Origin: an uncultured candidate division Zixibacteria bacterium
GTDB taxonomy: Bacteria; Zixibacteria; MSB-5A5; UBA10806; 4484-95
Direction of reading: 5' to 3'
Assembly: GCA_963668625.2 (NCBI GenBank)
Contig: CAXXKA010000004.1
Span: 192,001-256,000 of the forward strand
DNA length: 64,000 bases
Shown here piece by piece: positions 8,738-18,419 of the stretch. The position numbers and the translations under genes are program-made. Every line of letters starts with the position of its first letter. The stretch's first letter is position 1. The notes below the pieces were generated by a model that saw nothing but the letters and a program-made list of their open reading frames with translations, had not been told where the DNA came from and ran no database searches.

Positions 8738-11251
8738 TCGCCCGATGACCAGGCGATAGTTGCCGGCGTTATCCGATTCGATACTTATATTACCCAAATG
8801 CTCGATAGCTTTCCTGAGTTTGTAAATATATTTCACCTGGTTTAATCCGCTATCCAGTGAATTTTTATGTAACCAATTATTATCATTATAATATAATTGT
8901 TGAAAATATTTGAACAACCGCGGCTGTAAAATAACCGGGCGTTCATCCAACTCGACTACATAGTTGACCCCGTCACGAATGGCTCTAAGCGGTGGACGGC
9001 AACTTTTCGATATCAGCTTATTATCGGCTTTTAGCTTACGGCAATTATCGGTGCATTCTTTGAAAAGCTTCTCGGCTACGGATTGCGGTATTGCGGTTAG
9101 CAGCGTTTCGAAATCGGAGTCGATTACATCCCTACGTGTATTTATCCCGATAGCCGATAACCTCAGTATGAAATCCCGCTCCAGAAACGGAATCTGCAAC
9201 CTTGCCAGAGAAATTACCTCTTTGGGCACGCAATGACAAATAGCTCGAGCAATTTCTCTCAAATATTTTAGCTGATTTTTATTCAATCCATTCGCTTTGC
9301 CAATATCAATAGCAGCCCGCAACATTTTCGAGAAATACTCGCCATACTTTTTCAATCTCCCCCAACCGACATCATACTTGCGTTCCAACTCGATAGTTGG
9401 GATTGGCTGAATGATATCTACCAACATCATAGTTGTCATCAGCCGCCTCGAATCGACCTCTACCTCGGGATAATCCAAATACTGTTTTAATGGCCCCGTT
9501 TCGTTCTCTTTATGAGCAACCAAACATGAGCGTAAATAAATATCGATAGGCTCCCTGAAAATAACATTCTGTTTCCCTATCAATTCCCTTTGGCATTCGG
9601 GTATTCCCGTGAGATAATACAGCCAGCTAATGAAACCATCCTCGAGCCCATGACGATCGAATCCATCCCTGATAGACGCCGCCGTGTGCAGCTCTATGTT
9701 ATGCGATACGGCCGCCTGTCCTATAGCCGTGCATTCCAGTCGGCAGCCATTAATGGTTGTGAAACCTTGCCTGATTAACTCATCAACGATTTCGGTGGGG
9801 ATTTGCGTCTCGATTTTCTCCGCGAATCCCCGAAGTGATCGCTTAAGCTGATTTTTAGCCTCGCCATAGTCCCGAATGATACCACAGCTAATCAGGCCCA
9901 GTGTGAATAATGCCAGTTGCTCTTTTGGAGAGACCCCGGGCCGAGCGCTGATCGTGTTATTAATGAAGTAATCACGGATATTTTCCCTGTCGTTATCATC
10001 CTCGGCTATAATCACCGCCCGCCCGAAATTATCCTCCTGCCCCAGGCGGCCGGCTCGTCCCGACATCTGGTTGTAATCGTATTGCTTGAGTATCTTCAAT
10101 ACCGGAGTACCATCCAGGGCGCTGTAATATCTCTGGGGATTAATAAACACGTTGCGCGAGGGCAAATTCACCCCCATAGCCAGGGTCGAGGTACATATCA
10201 GCAGACGAATCTCTCCCTCGCGAAAACCAGTCTCGACTATTTTTCGCATCGAAAGCCCCAAATCCGCGTTATGATAGGCTACCCCACTCTTTAAGCATTC
10301 GATCAGAGCCGTCTTCTGCAGGGTTTCCGGCAACAGGTTCAAATTCTCGATTGTTCCTCTTGCCTCGGGAATATCAAAAACCTCGGCAATAATCCGCGCC
10401 AACCCTAAACTGCTCGATCTATCCGGCACGAATATCAAAGCCTGTTCATCATTATTTACAATATACTTTATCGAATTCAATTGATCCGTGTTCAAACCAT
10501 CATGCTCGGACACGATGCAATTATCATTACTTTCAGCCCTAAAATACTCGATACCCTCGGTATAATCGTTATATCTCTTATAGTAAAATTTACCGTTAAA
10601 CAACACTCCCCGGTGAAGTTCAACCGGGCGATTAGTGGAGTTCAAAACGGGGATAGCAAGCCATCTCTCCAGAAAAGAGCATTCCGTGTACCCGCCAAGC
10701 AATCCCACGATTTGGATAGAATCGTTATAGTGACGAACTTTAGCCAGCGCCGATTCGCAGACCAGCCCGCGACCGTTTTCACATATAAGCTGGAACTCAT
10801 CGAATACGACCGTTCCCACCGATTCCAATAGCTTCAAATCGGTTGAACTCAAACCATTAAACATTTCATACACAACGATTGCTATATCATATTTCGCCTT
10901 CAAGAAAGGTTCTTTATTATTAGGATAGTCTGAACTGACAATTAGTATTTTCGACTTTAACTTACGATATCGCTTTCGCAATTCATGATATTTCTCGGCA
11001 GCTATAGCTTTCAAAGGCACGAGTATTATCGCTTTTTGCCTTTTAGCTACCGCCCGCATGGCTGCAAGCTCGCCGCATAATGTCTTGCCCGAGGAGGTAG
11101 GGCCGTTGATCAGCAACGACTTACCATCCAGCAAACCGTAGCTTTTGACAGCTGCAGCCTGTAACGGCAGAAGAGTCCTGATACCATCGTCACGCCACAC
11201 CTCGACCACACCGGGCGGCATACCGAAACTGACTATATCCTCAACCCGCAT
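8684..11251 (-). CDS. Ski2/Hel308-like SF2 helicase with C-terminal winged-helix-like extension
   Basis: Q motif LLPLQ, GPTSSGKT, PLKAIAAEK, DEFQ, RPVEL, YHNADL, TSTLAMGVNLP, QMSGRAGR. Confidence 0.88.
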   Translation of the reverse strand: MRVEDIVSFGMPPGVVEVWRDDGIRTLLPLQAAAVKSYGLLDGKSLLINGPTSSGKTLCGELAAMRAVAKRQKAIILVPLKAIAAEKYHELRKRYRKLKSKILIVSSDYPNNKEPFLKAKYDIAIVVYEMFNGLSSTDLKLLESVGTVVFDEFQLICENGRGLVCESALAKVRHYNDSIQIVGLLGGYTECSFLERWLAIPVLNSTNRPVELHRGVLFNGKFYYKRYNDYTEGIEYFRAESNDNCIVSEHDGLNTDQLNSIKYIVNNDEQALIFVPDRSSSLGLARIIAEVFDIPEARGTIENLNLLPETLQKTALIECLKSGVAYHNADLGLSMRKIVETGFREGEIRLLICTSTLAMGVNLPSRNVFINPQRYYSALDGTPVLKILKQYDYNQMSGRAGRLGQEDNFGRAVIIAEDDNDRENIRDYFINNTISARPGVSPKEQLALFTLGLISCGIIRDYGEAKNQLKRSLRGFAEKIETQIPTEIVDELIRQGFTTINGCRLECTAIGQAAVSHNIELHTAASIRDGFDRHGLEDGFISWLYYLTGIPECQRELIGKQNVIFREPIDIYLRSCLVAHKENETGPLKQYLDYPEVEVDSRRLMTTMMLVDIIQPIPTIELERKYDVGWGRLKKYGEYFSKMLRAAIDIGKANGLNKNQLKYLREIARAICHCVPKEVISLARLQIPFLERDFILRLSAIGINTRRDVIDSDFETLLTAIPQSVAEKLFKECTDNCRKLKADNKLISKSCRPPLRAIRDGVNYVVELDERPVILQPRLFKYFQQLYYNDNNWLHKNSLDSGLNQVKYIYKLRKAIEHLGNISIESDNAGNYRLVIGRSKSLAKTVKPSALISEK

Positions 11252-11257
11252 CGCCCC

Positions 11258-11452
11258 CTACCCGCACAAACTATACCCGCAGTTCATGCAATTAAAGCAT
11301 CCCCCGGAGGCTACGATATAACCATAGCATTCCGGGCAGTAGAGATTATTGCATTCACTGCACATATAAAATCTGCCATCGAAAACAAGCTGCCCGCCGC
11401 AACGGCATGTTTTCTGGCCGGCTAACAACTCGTACTGCATTGGTGATGCCAT
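11258..11452 (-). CDS. Small double zinc-ribbon protein
   Basis: GGAG RBS; CxC, CxxC, CPEC..GGC.xCxxCGYS.CG motifs. Confidence 0.75.
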   Translation of the reverse strand: MASPMQYELLAGQKTCRCGGQLVFDGRFYMCSECNNLYCPECYGYIVASGGCFNCMNCGYSLCG

Positions 11453-11552
11453 TTTAAACTCCTTGATTAAAGCTCTGGTTCAGGGTGACGGCCGGGCTTC
11501 TATGCCCGACCGCCGGAGGGGTTCCGCCCTGAATTATTAATACCTGCACTTA

Positions 11553-11581
11553 ATCATACTGAACATTTGAACCCTTGTCAA
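11553..11581 (-). promoter_or_regulatory. sigma70 promoter of the Zn-ribbon/helicase operon
   Basis: TTGACA-N17-TATGAT on the minus strand. Confidence 0.7.
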
Positions 11582-11636
11582 GTGTTTTCGGCAAATATTT
11601 CTTGACTATTAGCTAAATTTGTATATTTTGGCGGTC

Positions 11637-11843
11637 ATGAAGATTAAAAATAAAATCCGTGAAATGCGCCTGAAAAAGGGTCTGTCGCAAGCCGAACTCG
11701 CTGAAATTATTGGAGTTAGCCGTCAAACTATTATCTCCATAGAAAAGGGAGCCTGTGTCCCATCTACCCTGTTGGCGCTAAGATTATCTAAACTGTTCGG
11801 CAAAACAGTAAACGAACTTTTCTCACTCCTCACCAAAAAGTAA
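11637..11843 (+). CDS. XRE/Cro-family HTH transcriptional regulator
   Basis: LSQAELAEIIGVSRQTIISIEKG...PS..LAL.L HTH_3 signature; start at ATG 11637. Confidence 0.9.
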   Translation: MKIKNKIREMRLKKGLSQAELAEIIGVSRQTIISIEKGACVPSTLLALRLSKLFGKTVNELFSLLTKK

Positions 11844-11860
11844 TTTCCAGGAGGCAAACA

Positions 11861-12664
11861 TTGAAGAAGGCTTTAATATTCATCCTCATGCTTACAGTAG
11901 TCTCTATAGCATCCGAGGGTAAAGTCACGATCTCGATCGATGGTATGTCCTGCAACGCTTGCGTTGGCAAGGTCACATCCACACTCGAGAAAATCGATGG
12001 GGTAAAATCCGCTCAGGTTACTTTAAAACCAGGGGCTGCCACAGTCATCTTCAATGATCAAAAGGCCGATTCCAAAAAGCTGATGCAAGCGATCTCCGCA
12101 CTGGGTTATAAAGCCAGTTTAGGCGATCAAACACTCGGCCAGGCTACACACTGTCAGGAACACGAAACAGCTGAGGTAATCGTAAAACCGGCTCCCGGGC
12201 CGGAACCTAAACAGATTACCGTAACAGCCGGCTGTGATCCCACCAAATGCAAAGTTACGAACTGCAGAGCTAAAGCCAAAGCCGCGCCCTCTAAAGAGTC
12301 CGCGCCTGAGGCTTCAACCTCCCACGCTGACGCCCACACTTGCCCTACCATTAATGAGTGCAAAGAGCTGATCGCTTTTCATGAGGCCATGCACCCCATG
12401 CATGAGGCTTTAGCCGCCGGTAATTATGACAGAGTACGCGGTGGTTATGAGTTGCTCGATGACAAAGCTCAGGCAATTGCCAAAATGAATTGTGACGAGA
12501 AATGTGTAACTGATGTGAAGAAATTCAAACAACTTCGGAAGAACTTGCTTAATGATGTTAAAGCGTTAGGCAAGGCAGTACGAAAAGATAATAATGATAA
12601 CTTAGCGATGGCATTCAACAGGATGCATGAGACCTACGTTGAGTTAGGAACCTTAGCCAGGTAG
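11861..12664 (+). CDS. Exported heavy-metal-associated (HMA) domain protein with Cys/His/Met-rich C-terminal domain
   Basis: GGAGG RBS + TTG start; signal peptide; GMSCNAC motif; HEAMHPMHE. Confidence 0.85.
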   Translation: MKKALIFILMLTVVSIASEGKVTISIDGMSCNACVGKVTSTLEKIDGVKSAQVTLKPGAATVIFNDQKADSKKLMQAISALGYKASLGDQTLGQATHCQEHETAEVIVKPAPGPEPKQITVTAGCDPTKCKVTNCRAKAKAAPSKESAPEASTSHADAHTCPTINECKELIAFHEAMHPMHEALAAGNYDRVRGGYELLDDKAQAIAKMNCDEKCVTDVKKFKQLRKNLLNDVKALGKAVRKDNNDNLAMAFNRMHETYVELGTLAR

Positions 12665-12697
12665 TAACTATTTTAGTAGAAATTTATTGGAAGTATT

Positions 12698-12725
12698 AAG
12701 CGGGTTGGAAAGGCCCGCTTTTTTT
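12698..12725 (+). terminator. Rho-independent terminator
   Basis: AAGCGGG..CCCGCTT hairpin + T-run. Confidence 0.75.
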
Positions 12726-12857
12726 GTGGGTAGCATCGCCAAAATCCCACCCAAAGCCAGTCATTGCGAGGACCGGAGGGACGAAGTCCCGATAGGGATC
12801 CCTATCTTTGGGACAATCTGTTGAAATCGAGCAGTAACCTTAAGATATGTAGAAGGC

Positions 12858-14801
12858 CTATTTCTCCTCACAAAAAAGCTGAAGCTCTGTAAGAGATAAT
12901 TTTTCCTGTTTTATTAGTCCTAATATATTCTGTTTAGTATATACTTCTAATGCTAAATTAAAGTGATATCTTGCTTTCCCACAATTTACTTCCTTATTAA
13001 AGCTTTCAGCTAAGGTCCAGTAAACAAGTCCAACATTATGTTGTGTATATGCAAACAATATCGGAAATCGTTCTATTGTTCTTGTCCTTAATGACTCTTT
13101 AAAAGCCATTAAAGCTAAATCACAATTATAAGATTTATCTTTTTCTTCACTTAGGTTACGATAAGCATTTCCAAGATTGTTGTTAGTTATCGCATAATTC
13201 ATTGGGAATTGCTCGTATTTATAAATTCTAAGCGCTTCTTTGTAAGCTTCTATTGCTAATTCACTATTTAATATCTTATCTTTCTCTTCACACAATATTC
13301 GATAGGCATTACCAATATTATTTTTAACCATCGCATAATTAAGTGGATAGTTACTCAATGTGTATATTTTTAAAGATTCTTTAAAGGAGTTTATTGCTAG
13401 TTTACAATTATAGACTTTATCAACTCTTTCGCTTAATGCTCCATACGCAACACCTAAATTATTTTGTGCCATTGCATAATCCAAGGAATAGTGCTTAATA
13501 GTAAATATTTTTATTACTTCTTTGTGACATTCTATAGCATTTTTATTATTTTTTTCTTTATTTTCAATATCAGATAATTTCCTGTATACTACGCCAAGAT
13601 TGTTTTGAACACTAGCATATTTAAACTTGTTATAATTAAATGTCCAATATTTTAGCACTTTAGTATATACATTTATAGCTAAATTCATATATTCGCAGAT
13701 CCTTAGATCATATTGACCTAATTCATCAGCTTGCACTCCAATATAAAACAAAACATCTGGATCATCATTAAAGATACCATACAGCTTATTTAGATTATCC
13801 AGTTGATCTATATCTTGAATAATAAACTCTTTAAGATAAGTCTCCTCAGCCCAGATATAATCATCTTTATATAATATAAATCCGTTTTCTTTAAGCTTAT
13901 TGAACATATCCACATATTGGTATTTCTGCTTTTTCATACCTAACATTTCTTCAGAGACTTTTATAATACGAGATAACGAGAATACCTCTTTTGATTGATA
14001 AACACCTCCTGAATATAAACACTTTATTGCAATGAGAATATTTCTCTCTTCAGGAGTCAATTTTTTGTCATAACGAGTAGCCATCTCCTTAAGATCTAAA
14101 AAGATAGTTCCGATATTGCCATCATACCAATTTGGTAATTTTCGTCCTGTACTTTTCGCAACTTGTTTAGCGCTATCTTTATCAAATCTTGGAATTTCAA
14201 TGACTTCATCAAAATATGATGATATTTTTTCACCTAGACAATTAAGATTCTTCCCCCCACGGCAGGTAGCTATGACAATACCATTATCATCATTGCTGCG
14301 CACATACTCGGAAAGCAAATATTCAAAGTTTGTTTTAGCCATGTATTTATCTATATCATCGAATAAAACGATTTTCTTCCGCCTGAATAGCCAATTTAAA
14401 GGCTTACGAAAATCCTTTGTTGATACATCAGCGACTTTGGGGATTAAAACGCTATATGTATCTTCGCTATCATGGAAGTATTGGTATACCGATCTTGATT
14501 TTCCAGAAAGCGGATTTCCGACAACTAGGATGTTTTTCTTATTCTTGATAGCTTTTTCAATAGCTTCATCAATAATTTTTCTTCTGTGGTAATACTTATG
14601 AAAGCCATGCTCTAATAATGCTCTGTTACCCAGCACCTCATCTGGTTTAACTCTTTTAGAACTTTTCCAAACCGCTGAATAAGTATTTCTAATAATTCGC
14701 CAACGTTTGAAATAAAAACCGCAAAAGGCAATAAGTATTGCAGAAGCTATAGCAATAATTTCGCCGATGGTTAAATTGATATTAAGCAAAATCAAGCTCA
14801 T
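12858..14801 (-). CDS. TM-anchored P-loop (STAND-like) NTPase with C-terminal TPR repeats
   Basis: N-terminal TM; GNPLSGKS, LFDD, IATCR; repeats YAM.QNNLG.AY..LS; markedly AT-rich. Confidence 0.75.
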   Translation of the reverse strand: MSLILLNINLTIGEIIAIASAILIAFCGFYFKRWRIIRNTYSAVWKSSKRVKPDEVLGNRALLEHGFHKYYHRRKIIDEAIEKAIKNKKNILVVGNPLSGKSRSVYQYFHDSEDTYSVLIPKVADVSTKDFRKPLNWLFRRKKIVLFDDIDKYMAKTNFEYLLSEYVRSNDDNGIVIATCRGGKNLNCLGEKISSYFDEVIEIPRFDKDSAKQVAKSTGRKLPNWYDGNIGTIFLDLKEMATRYDKKLTPEERNILIAIKCLYSGGVYQSKEVFSLSRIIKVSEEMLGMKKQKYQYVDMFNKLKENGFILYKDDYIWAEETYLKEFIIQDIDQLDNLNKLYGIFNDDPDVLFYIGVQADELGQYDLRICEYMNLAINVYTKVLKYWTFNYNKFKYASVQNNLGVVYRKLSDIENKEKNNKNAIECHKEVIKIFTIKHYSLDYAMAQNNLGVAYGALSERVDKVYNCKLAINSFKESLKIYTLSNYPLNYAMVKNNIGNAYRILCEEKDKILNSELAIEAYKEALRIYKYEQFPMNYAITNNNLGNAYRNLSEEKDKSYNCDLALMAFKESLRTRTIERFPILFAYTQHNVGLVYWTLAESFNKEVNCGKARYHFNLALEVYTKQNILGLIKQEKLSLTELQLFCEEK

Positions 14802-14954
14802 ACTACACCCCTATACTATCAGTAATAGCATTATACACTCATTAATACACGAAGTCTAGGGAATTATTCAATATGGCAGCTAATGCGGGACAGGAATGCC
14901 CCGGCTCTTAGATGGTGGAACCGCCGATTTTGATGCGACATCTCGTATAAAATA

Positions 14955-15043
14955 GTAGGGGCTGATCTAAGACCAGCCCGCTAATTACCACTATATTTTA
15001 TGCTGTGAGATAAACTGCGGAGCGATCTTAGATCGCCCCCTAC
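14955..15043. repeat. Inverted GTAG-type REP doublet (REPIN-like)
   Basis: GTAGGGGCTGATCTAAGACCAGCCCG ... GCGGAGCGATCTTAGATCGCCCCCTAC. Confidence 0.7.
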
Positions 15044-15063
15044 GAGCTTATCTGTTTGACAGC

Positions 15064-15573
15064 CTACTCCCCATACCTATACGCCGGCATTACGATATCA
15101 ACATACTTGGTCATCTGCATGTTGTCGTAAGGCTGGGCCTGCGCGTAGCTGATTGTCGCGACCTCCGTATCATACCTGTAGACGTTTACATCCGTTCGGT
15201 CCGGGACATAGTAAACCTCAGCGGTTATCCTCACGTAATCCTCGGTATTGTGAAGGTTATACCCTATCGGTGTCAGATAGTAAAGATTATCCTCGCCGGT
15301 ATCACACTGGTCGTAGTTGAAAAAGCCTTTCTCCTCGCCATCACACAGAACCTTGTTGACATAGATATTCAAAGCGGTATTTTCCAGCGGTTGACGTTCT
15401 TCGCCCTCGACCTGATAAAAGGTCCTGACTATGTAATGAAAATCAACACTGATCTGGGGTGCGATAGACGAATCGCAAGCGTCCTCATCATCCGAGCCGA
15501 ACAGATTACAGCTGACTATTGGTATAATTAATATTATCAATGATGCGTAAATGATGTATTTAACCGCGCGCAT
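15064..15573 (-). CDS. Lipoprotein, paralog of the adjacent gene
   Basis: IVSC lipobox; GGAGG RBS; shares motifs with 15666-16172. Confidence 0.8.
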   Translation of the reverse strand: MRAVKYIIYASLIILIIPIVSCNLFGSDDEDACDSSIAPQISVDFHYIVRTFYQVEGEERQPLENTALNIYVNKVLCDGEEKGFFNYDQCDTGEDNLYYLTPIGYNLHNTEDYVRITAEVYYVPDRTDVNVYRYDTEVATISYAQAQPYDNMQMTKYVDIVMPAYRYGE

Positions 15574-15665
15574 TTAACATTCCTCCTGCCATTGTTGATA
15601 ATGTATCTATATTGCCTGTATCGTCTCTATAGACAATGTTTTTAGAGAAAAGATTAATATAGCAA

Positions 15666-16172
15666 TTAATCTTCGCTCGATAAAGCATCAAACACGATAT
15701 CGATATTATAATTTAAATACTCGCCAGCCTCATCGGCCTGGGTATAGGTAATTGTCTCCATTTTCTGCCTATCGAACAATTGCACGATCGTCGTATCCTC
15801 AGGCATATTCAGCACCTCAGACTCTATATTGATCACGATCACATCCTCGGTATTACTCATACCATAATTGACATAATAGCTAACTGAATTACCTTCTAAA
15901 CCGGTATGGCTGTTGGGATATTCGAAATACCCCTCTACATTATCTTCACACTCCATCTTCCAAATCTCGACTTTTAGATACGCATTGTTTAAGGGATGTC
16001 TTGGTTGGTCATATACCTGATAGTAAGTTGATATGTTTAGATGCACTGTAACACTAATATGGGGAGCCTCGGTTTTCTGGCATTCATCTTCCGGATCATC
16101 CGGCTCACATGCTATAATACTCAGGCATAAAATACATATCATTATATATAATGCTGTCTTGAATAGATACAT
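15666..16172 (-). CDS. Lipoprotein, paralog of the adjacent gene
   Basis: IIAC lipobox; GGAGG RBS; shared AP.ISV, YQV, R.PL.N, NTED motifs. Confidence 0.8.
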   Translation of the reverse strand: MYLFKTALYIMICILCLSIIACEPDDPEDECQKTEAPHISVTVHLNISTYYQVYDQPRHPLNNAYLKVEIWKMECEDNVEGYFEYPNSHTGLEGNSVSYYVNYGMSNTEDVIVINIESEVLNMPEDTTIVQLFDRQKMETITYTQADEAGEYLNYNIDIVFDALSSED

Positions 16173-16557
16173 CCTTAATCCTCCCGGTCATCTTTTGTTA
16201 ATACTGCTGCTTTTAATTTTGAATTATGTCGCGGGATACCCCGAGAATTCAAATACTGCGGTTTAATCAGTTCCCATCAAGCAGGAATGATTAATTATAC
16301 ATATACAAATATGTTATCGTCAAGATGATTAAACAAATTTTATTAAATCGATATTGATTTAATCTCCCGTATAGCCGCATCTTAGCTGCATTAACGGGAT
16401 GCTCGAGTGGGGAGCTGCCCAAAAAATGCTTGACAATAATTAATTATGATGCATTATTAAAGTGGGATCAATGGAAGTCGCCGCGAGTCCCGCATACCCA
16501 ATATGCAGAAATTACCTTTAGTTTGTTTAGTTTTAAATGTCCGGGAGGTTGTGTTAT

Positions 16558-16764
16558 ATGCCGGTCGGTAAGGTAAAATGGTTCAATGATAAAAAAGGCT
16601 TCGGCTTTTTAGTTTCCGATGACCAAGACAATCAAGACGTATTCGTTCACTACAGTTCAATCGTTGGCGAGGGATTTAAAACATTGAATCCGGGCGATGA
16701 TGTCCAGTTCGAGTTAATCCAGGGGCCCAAAGGACTGCAGGCACAAAACGTATCGAGAGTGTGA
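16558..16764 (+). CDS. csp: Cold-shock domain protein
   Basis: [14 protein letters not shown] and DVFVHYS RNP motifs; GGGAGG RBS before ATG 16558. Confidence 0.95.
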   Translation: MPVGKVKWFNDKKGFGFLVSDDQDNQDVFVHYSSIVGEGFKTLNPGDDVQFELIQGPKGLQAQNVSRV

Positions 16765-16864
16765 AGCGAGGGGATATTTTAATCTTCGATATTGATGCTT
16801 ACTAATATCCAACAGTAATCGATGTAAGGTCAAGCTTCGCTGGAGAATTTTTCAACATTCCATA

Positions 16865-18133
16865 TTATTTCTGATAGGATGGCTGAGGTTGGATAATCGT
16901 AGCTTTGCCTATACCGGTGTCCTTGCGGAAGAAGGTCAAAGCTACTATACTGACCCCCGCGTACAGAACAATCGTTGTCAGCATAACCGGAACAAAACCG
17001 TAATGCTCGATTATCCTGCCGCCTATCAGCGCTGATACCATCCACGAACCATTCCAGGACAAGCTCAGAAGGCTGTTTGTTCCGGCGTGATGTTCCGGTT
17101 CTACTTTCTCCATGGCGAAATTATTATATAGCGGCCAGGCCATGTTCATAAGCGATCCCCTGAACCAGAAAGCAACCAGGGCCGGCGCCAGGTATGGAGT
17201 GAACGCCAATATCAGGAAAAATGGTATCGAGAGAAGCTGCGAGAATACCACCGATTTTATCAGCCCGAATTTCTTGGCCAGTACTGGCCCCAGCAAAAAG
17301 CCAAACACGATGAAAACCTGCCCGACCGAGAATGCTTTGCCAATCGCTGAGGAGTCGAGGTCGAACCTGTTGGAGAAATAGATATTCAGAAATGGGATAA
17401 CCAGCCCCGCTCCCAGACCTATCAGAATATAAGGCATGCATAGCTTTCCGGTAGTGGCCCAATCGCGGGCTTTGAGATACTTTAACCAGTCAATCTTTCC
17501 CGACTTGATCGGCATTTTAGCCTCGATACGCCAGTAAAACATCACCGAGGTCAAGGCGAATATCGCCGCCATCAAAAGGCTGACCCGGTAACCCATCACT
17601 ATTCCAATTCCCCAGTGAGAGAGTATTTTGGGTATATAACCGCCTATAAGCGCGCCTATAAATCCCGCAGCCATACTCATCGCGTAATTTATGCTAAATA
17701 GATGTGTCCGTTCTTTGGGCGAGGAGTTACGCATGAAAAACGGCGAGGCTACCACGAACTGCACGGTGTATCCGGCCCCAACCATCATAGCAACAACTTT
17801 TAATATGTTTATATCCGTAATAAATGTCATCAACACGAATGCGACCGAGTTCATCAGGCTGGCGGCGATCATTATCTTTTTCAGGCGTATGTAATCGATC
17901 GCGATTGCCGCCGGCAAAGCCACGATAAGCGTACCCAACCCCTGAAAAAACAGGATATCCCCCATCACGCTCTCGGAATAGCCCAGCTCTTTCAAGTATA
18001 GATTGTATAACAGCCAGAGTATTGAGGTGGCATATCCCATGAAAAACGAGCCACCGAGATAGAATTTAGCATTACGGGAGAAAAGATTTATGGCGTCGAG
18101 GTATTCCCTGAGGTTAGTCTTAAACATAGTCAC
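16865..18133 (-). CDS. MFS transporter
   Basis: About 12 TM segments; MFS-like loop motifs. Confidence 0.88.
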   Translation of the reverse strand: MTMFKTNLREYLDAINLFSRNAKFYLGGSFFMGYATSILWLLYNLYLKELGYSESVMGDILFFQGLGTLIVALPAAIAIDYIRLKKIMIAASLMNSVAFVLMTFITDINILKVVAMMVGAGYTVQFVVASPFFMRNSSPKERTHLFSINYAMSMAAGFIGALIGGYIPKILSHWGIGIVMGYRVSLLMAAIFALTSVMFYWRIEAKMPIKSGKIDWLKYLKARDWATTGKLCMPYILIGLGAGLVIPFLNIYFSNRFDLDSSAIGKAFSVGQVFIVFGFLLGPVLAKKFGLIKSVVFSQLLSIPFFLILAFTPYLAPALVAFWFRGSLMNMAWPLYNNFAMEKVEPEHHAGTNSLLSLSWNGSWMVSALIGGRIIEHYGFVPVMLTTIVLYAGVSIVALTFFRKDTGIGKATIIQPQPSYQK

Positions 18134-18311
18134 TAATAAACGATAAAATACTTATAAAGGTTAGAAGATTTTACATCTTTTTTGTACTGATTACAAAATA
18201 GTGGAATTGATGGATATAAACCCGGGCTGCAATTCTAATTTAGGATTAAATTGTCACAATAAAAATTGGATTATCTCTATAAGTGATTTCCACATGATCA
18301 TTAGGTTTTTT

Positions 18312-18419
18312 GTGTCAGGATGTCGCTTCGCTTTCATCCTGACACATGTGCCCATGTATACTAAGGCTATATATACATCACCATTATGCCTCAGGATGGA
18401 AGGAACGACATCCTGAGGC
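18312..18419. repeat. Composite REP pair flanked by 26-bp direct repeats
   Basis: GTGTCAGGATG..CATCCTGACAC + GCCTCAGGATG..CATCCTGAGGC; DRs at 18281-18306 and 18470-18495. Confidence 0.8.

Noticed and set aside
18201-18416. 71-aa ORF
   Set aside because: Runs through the composite repeat; no RBS or domain evidence
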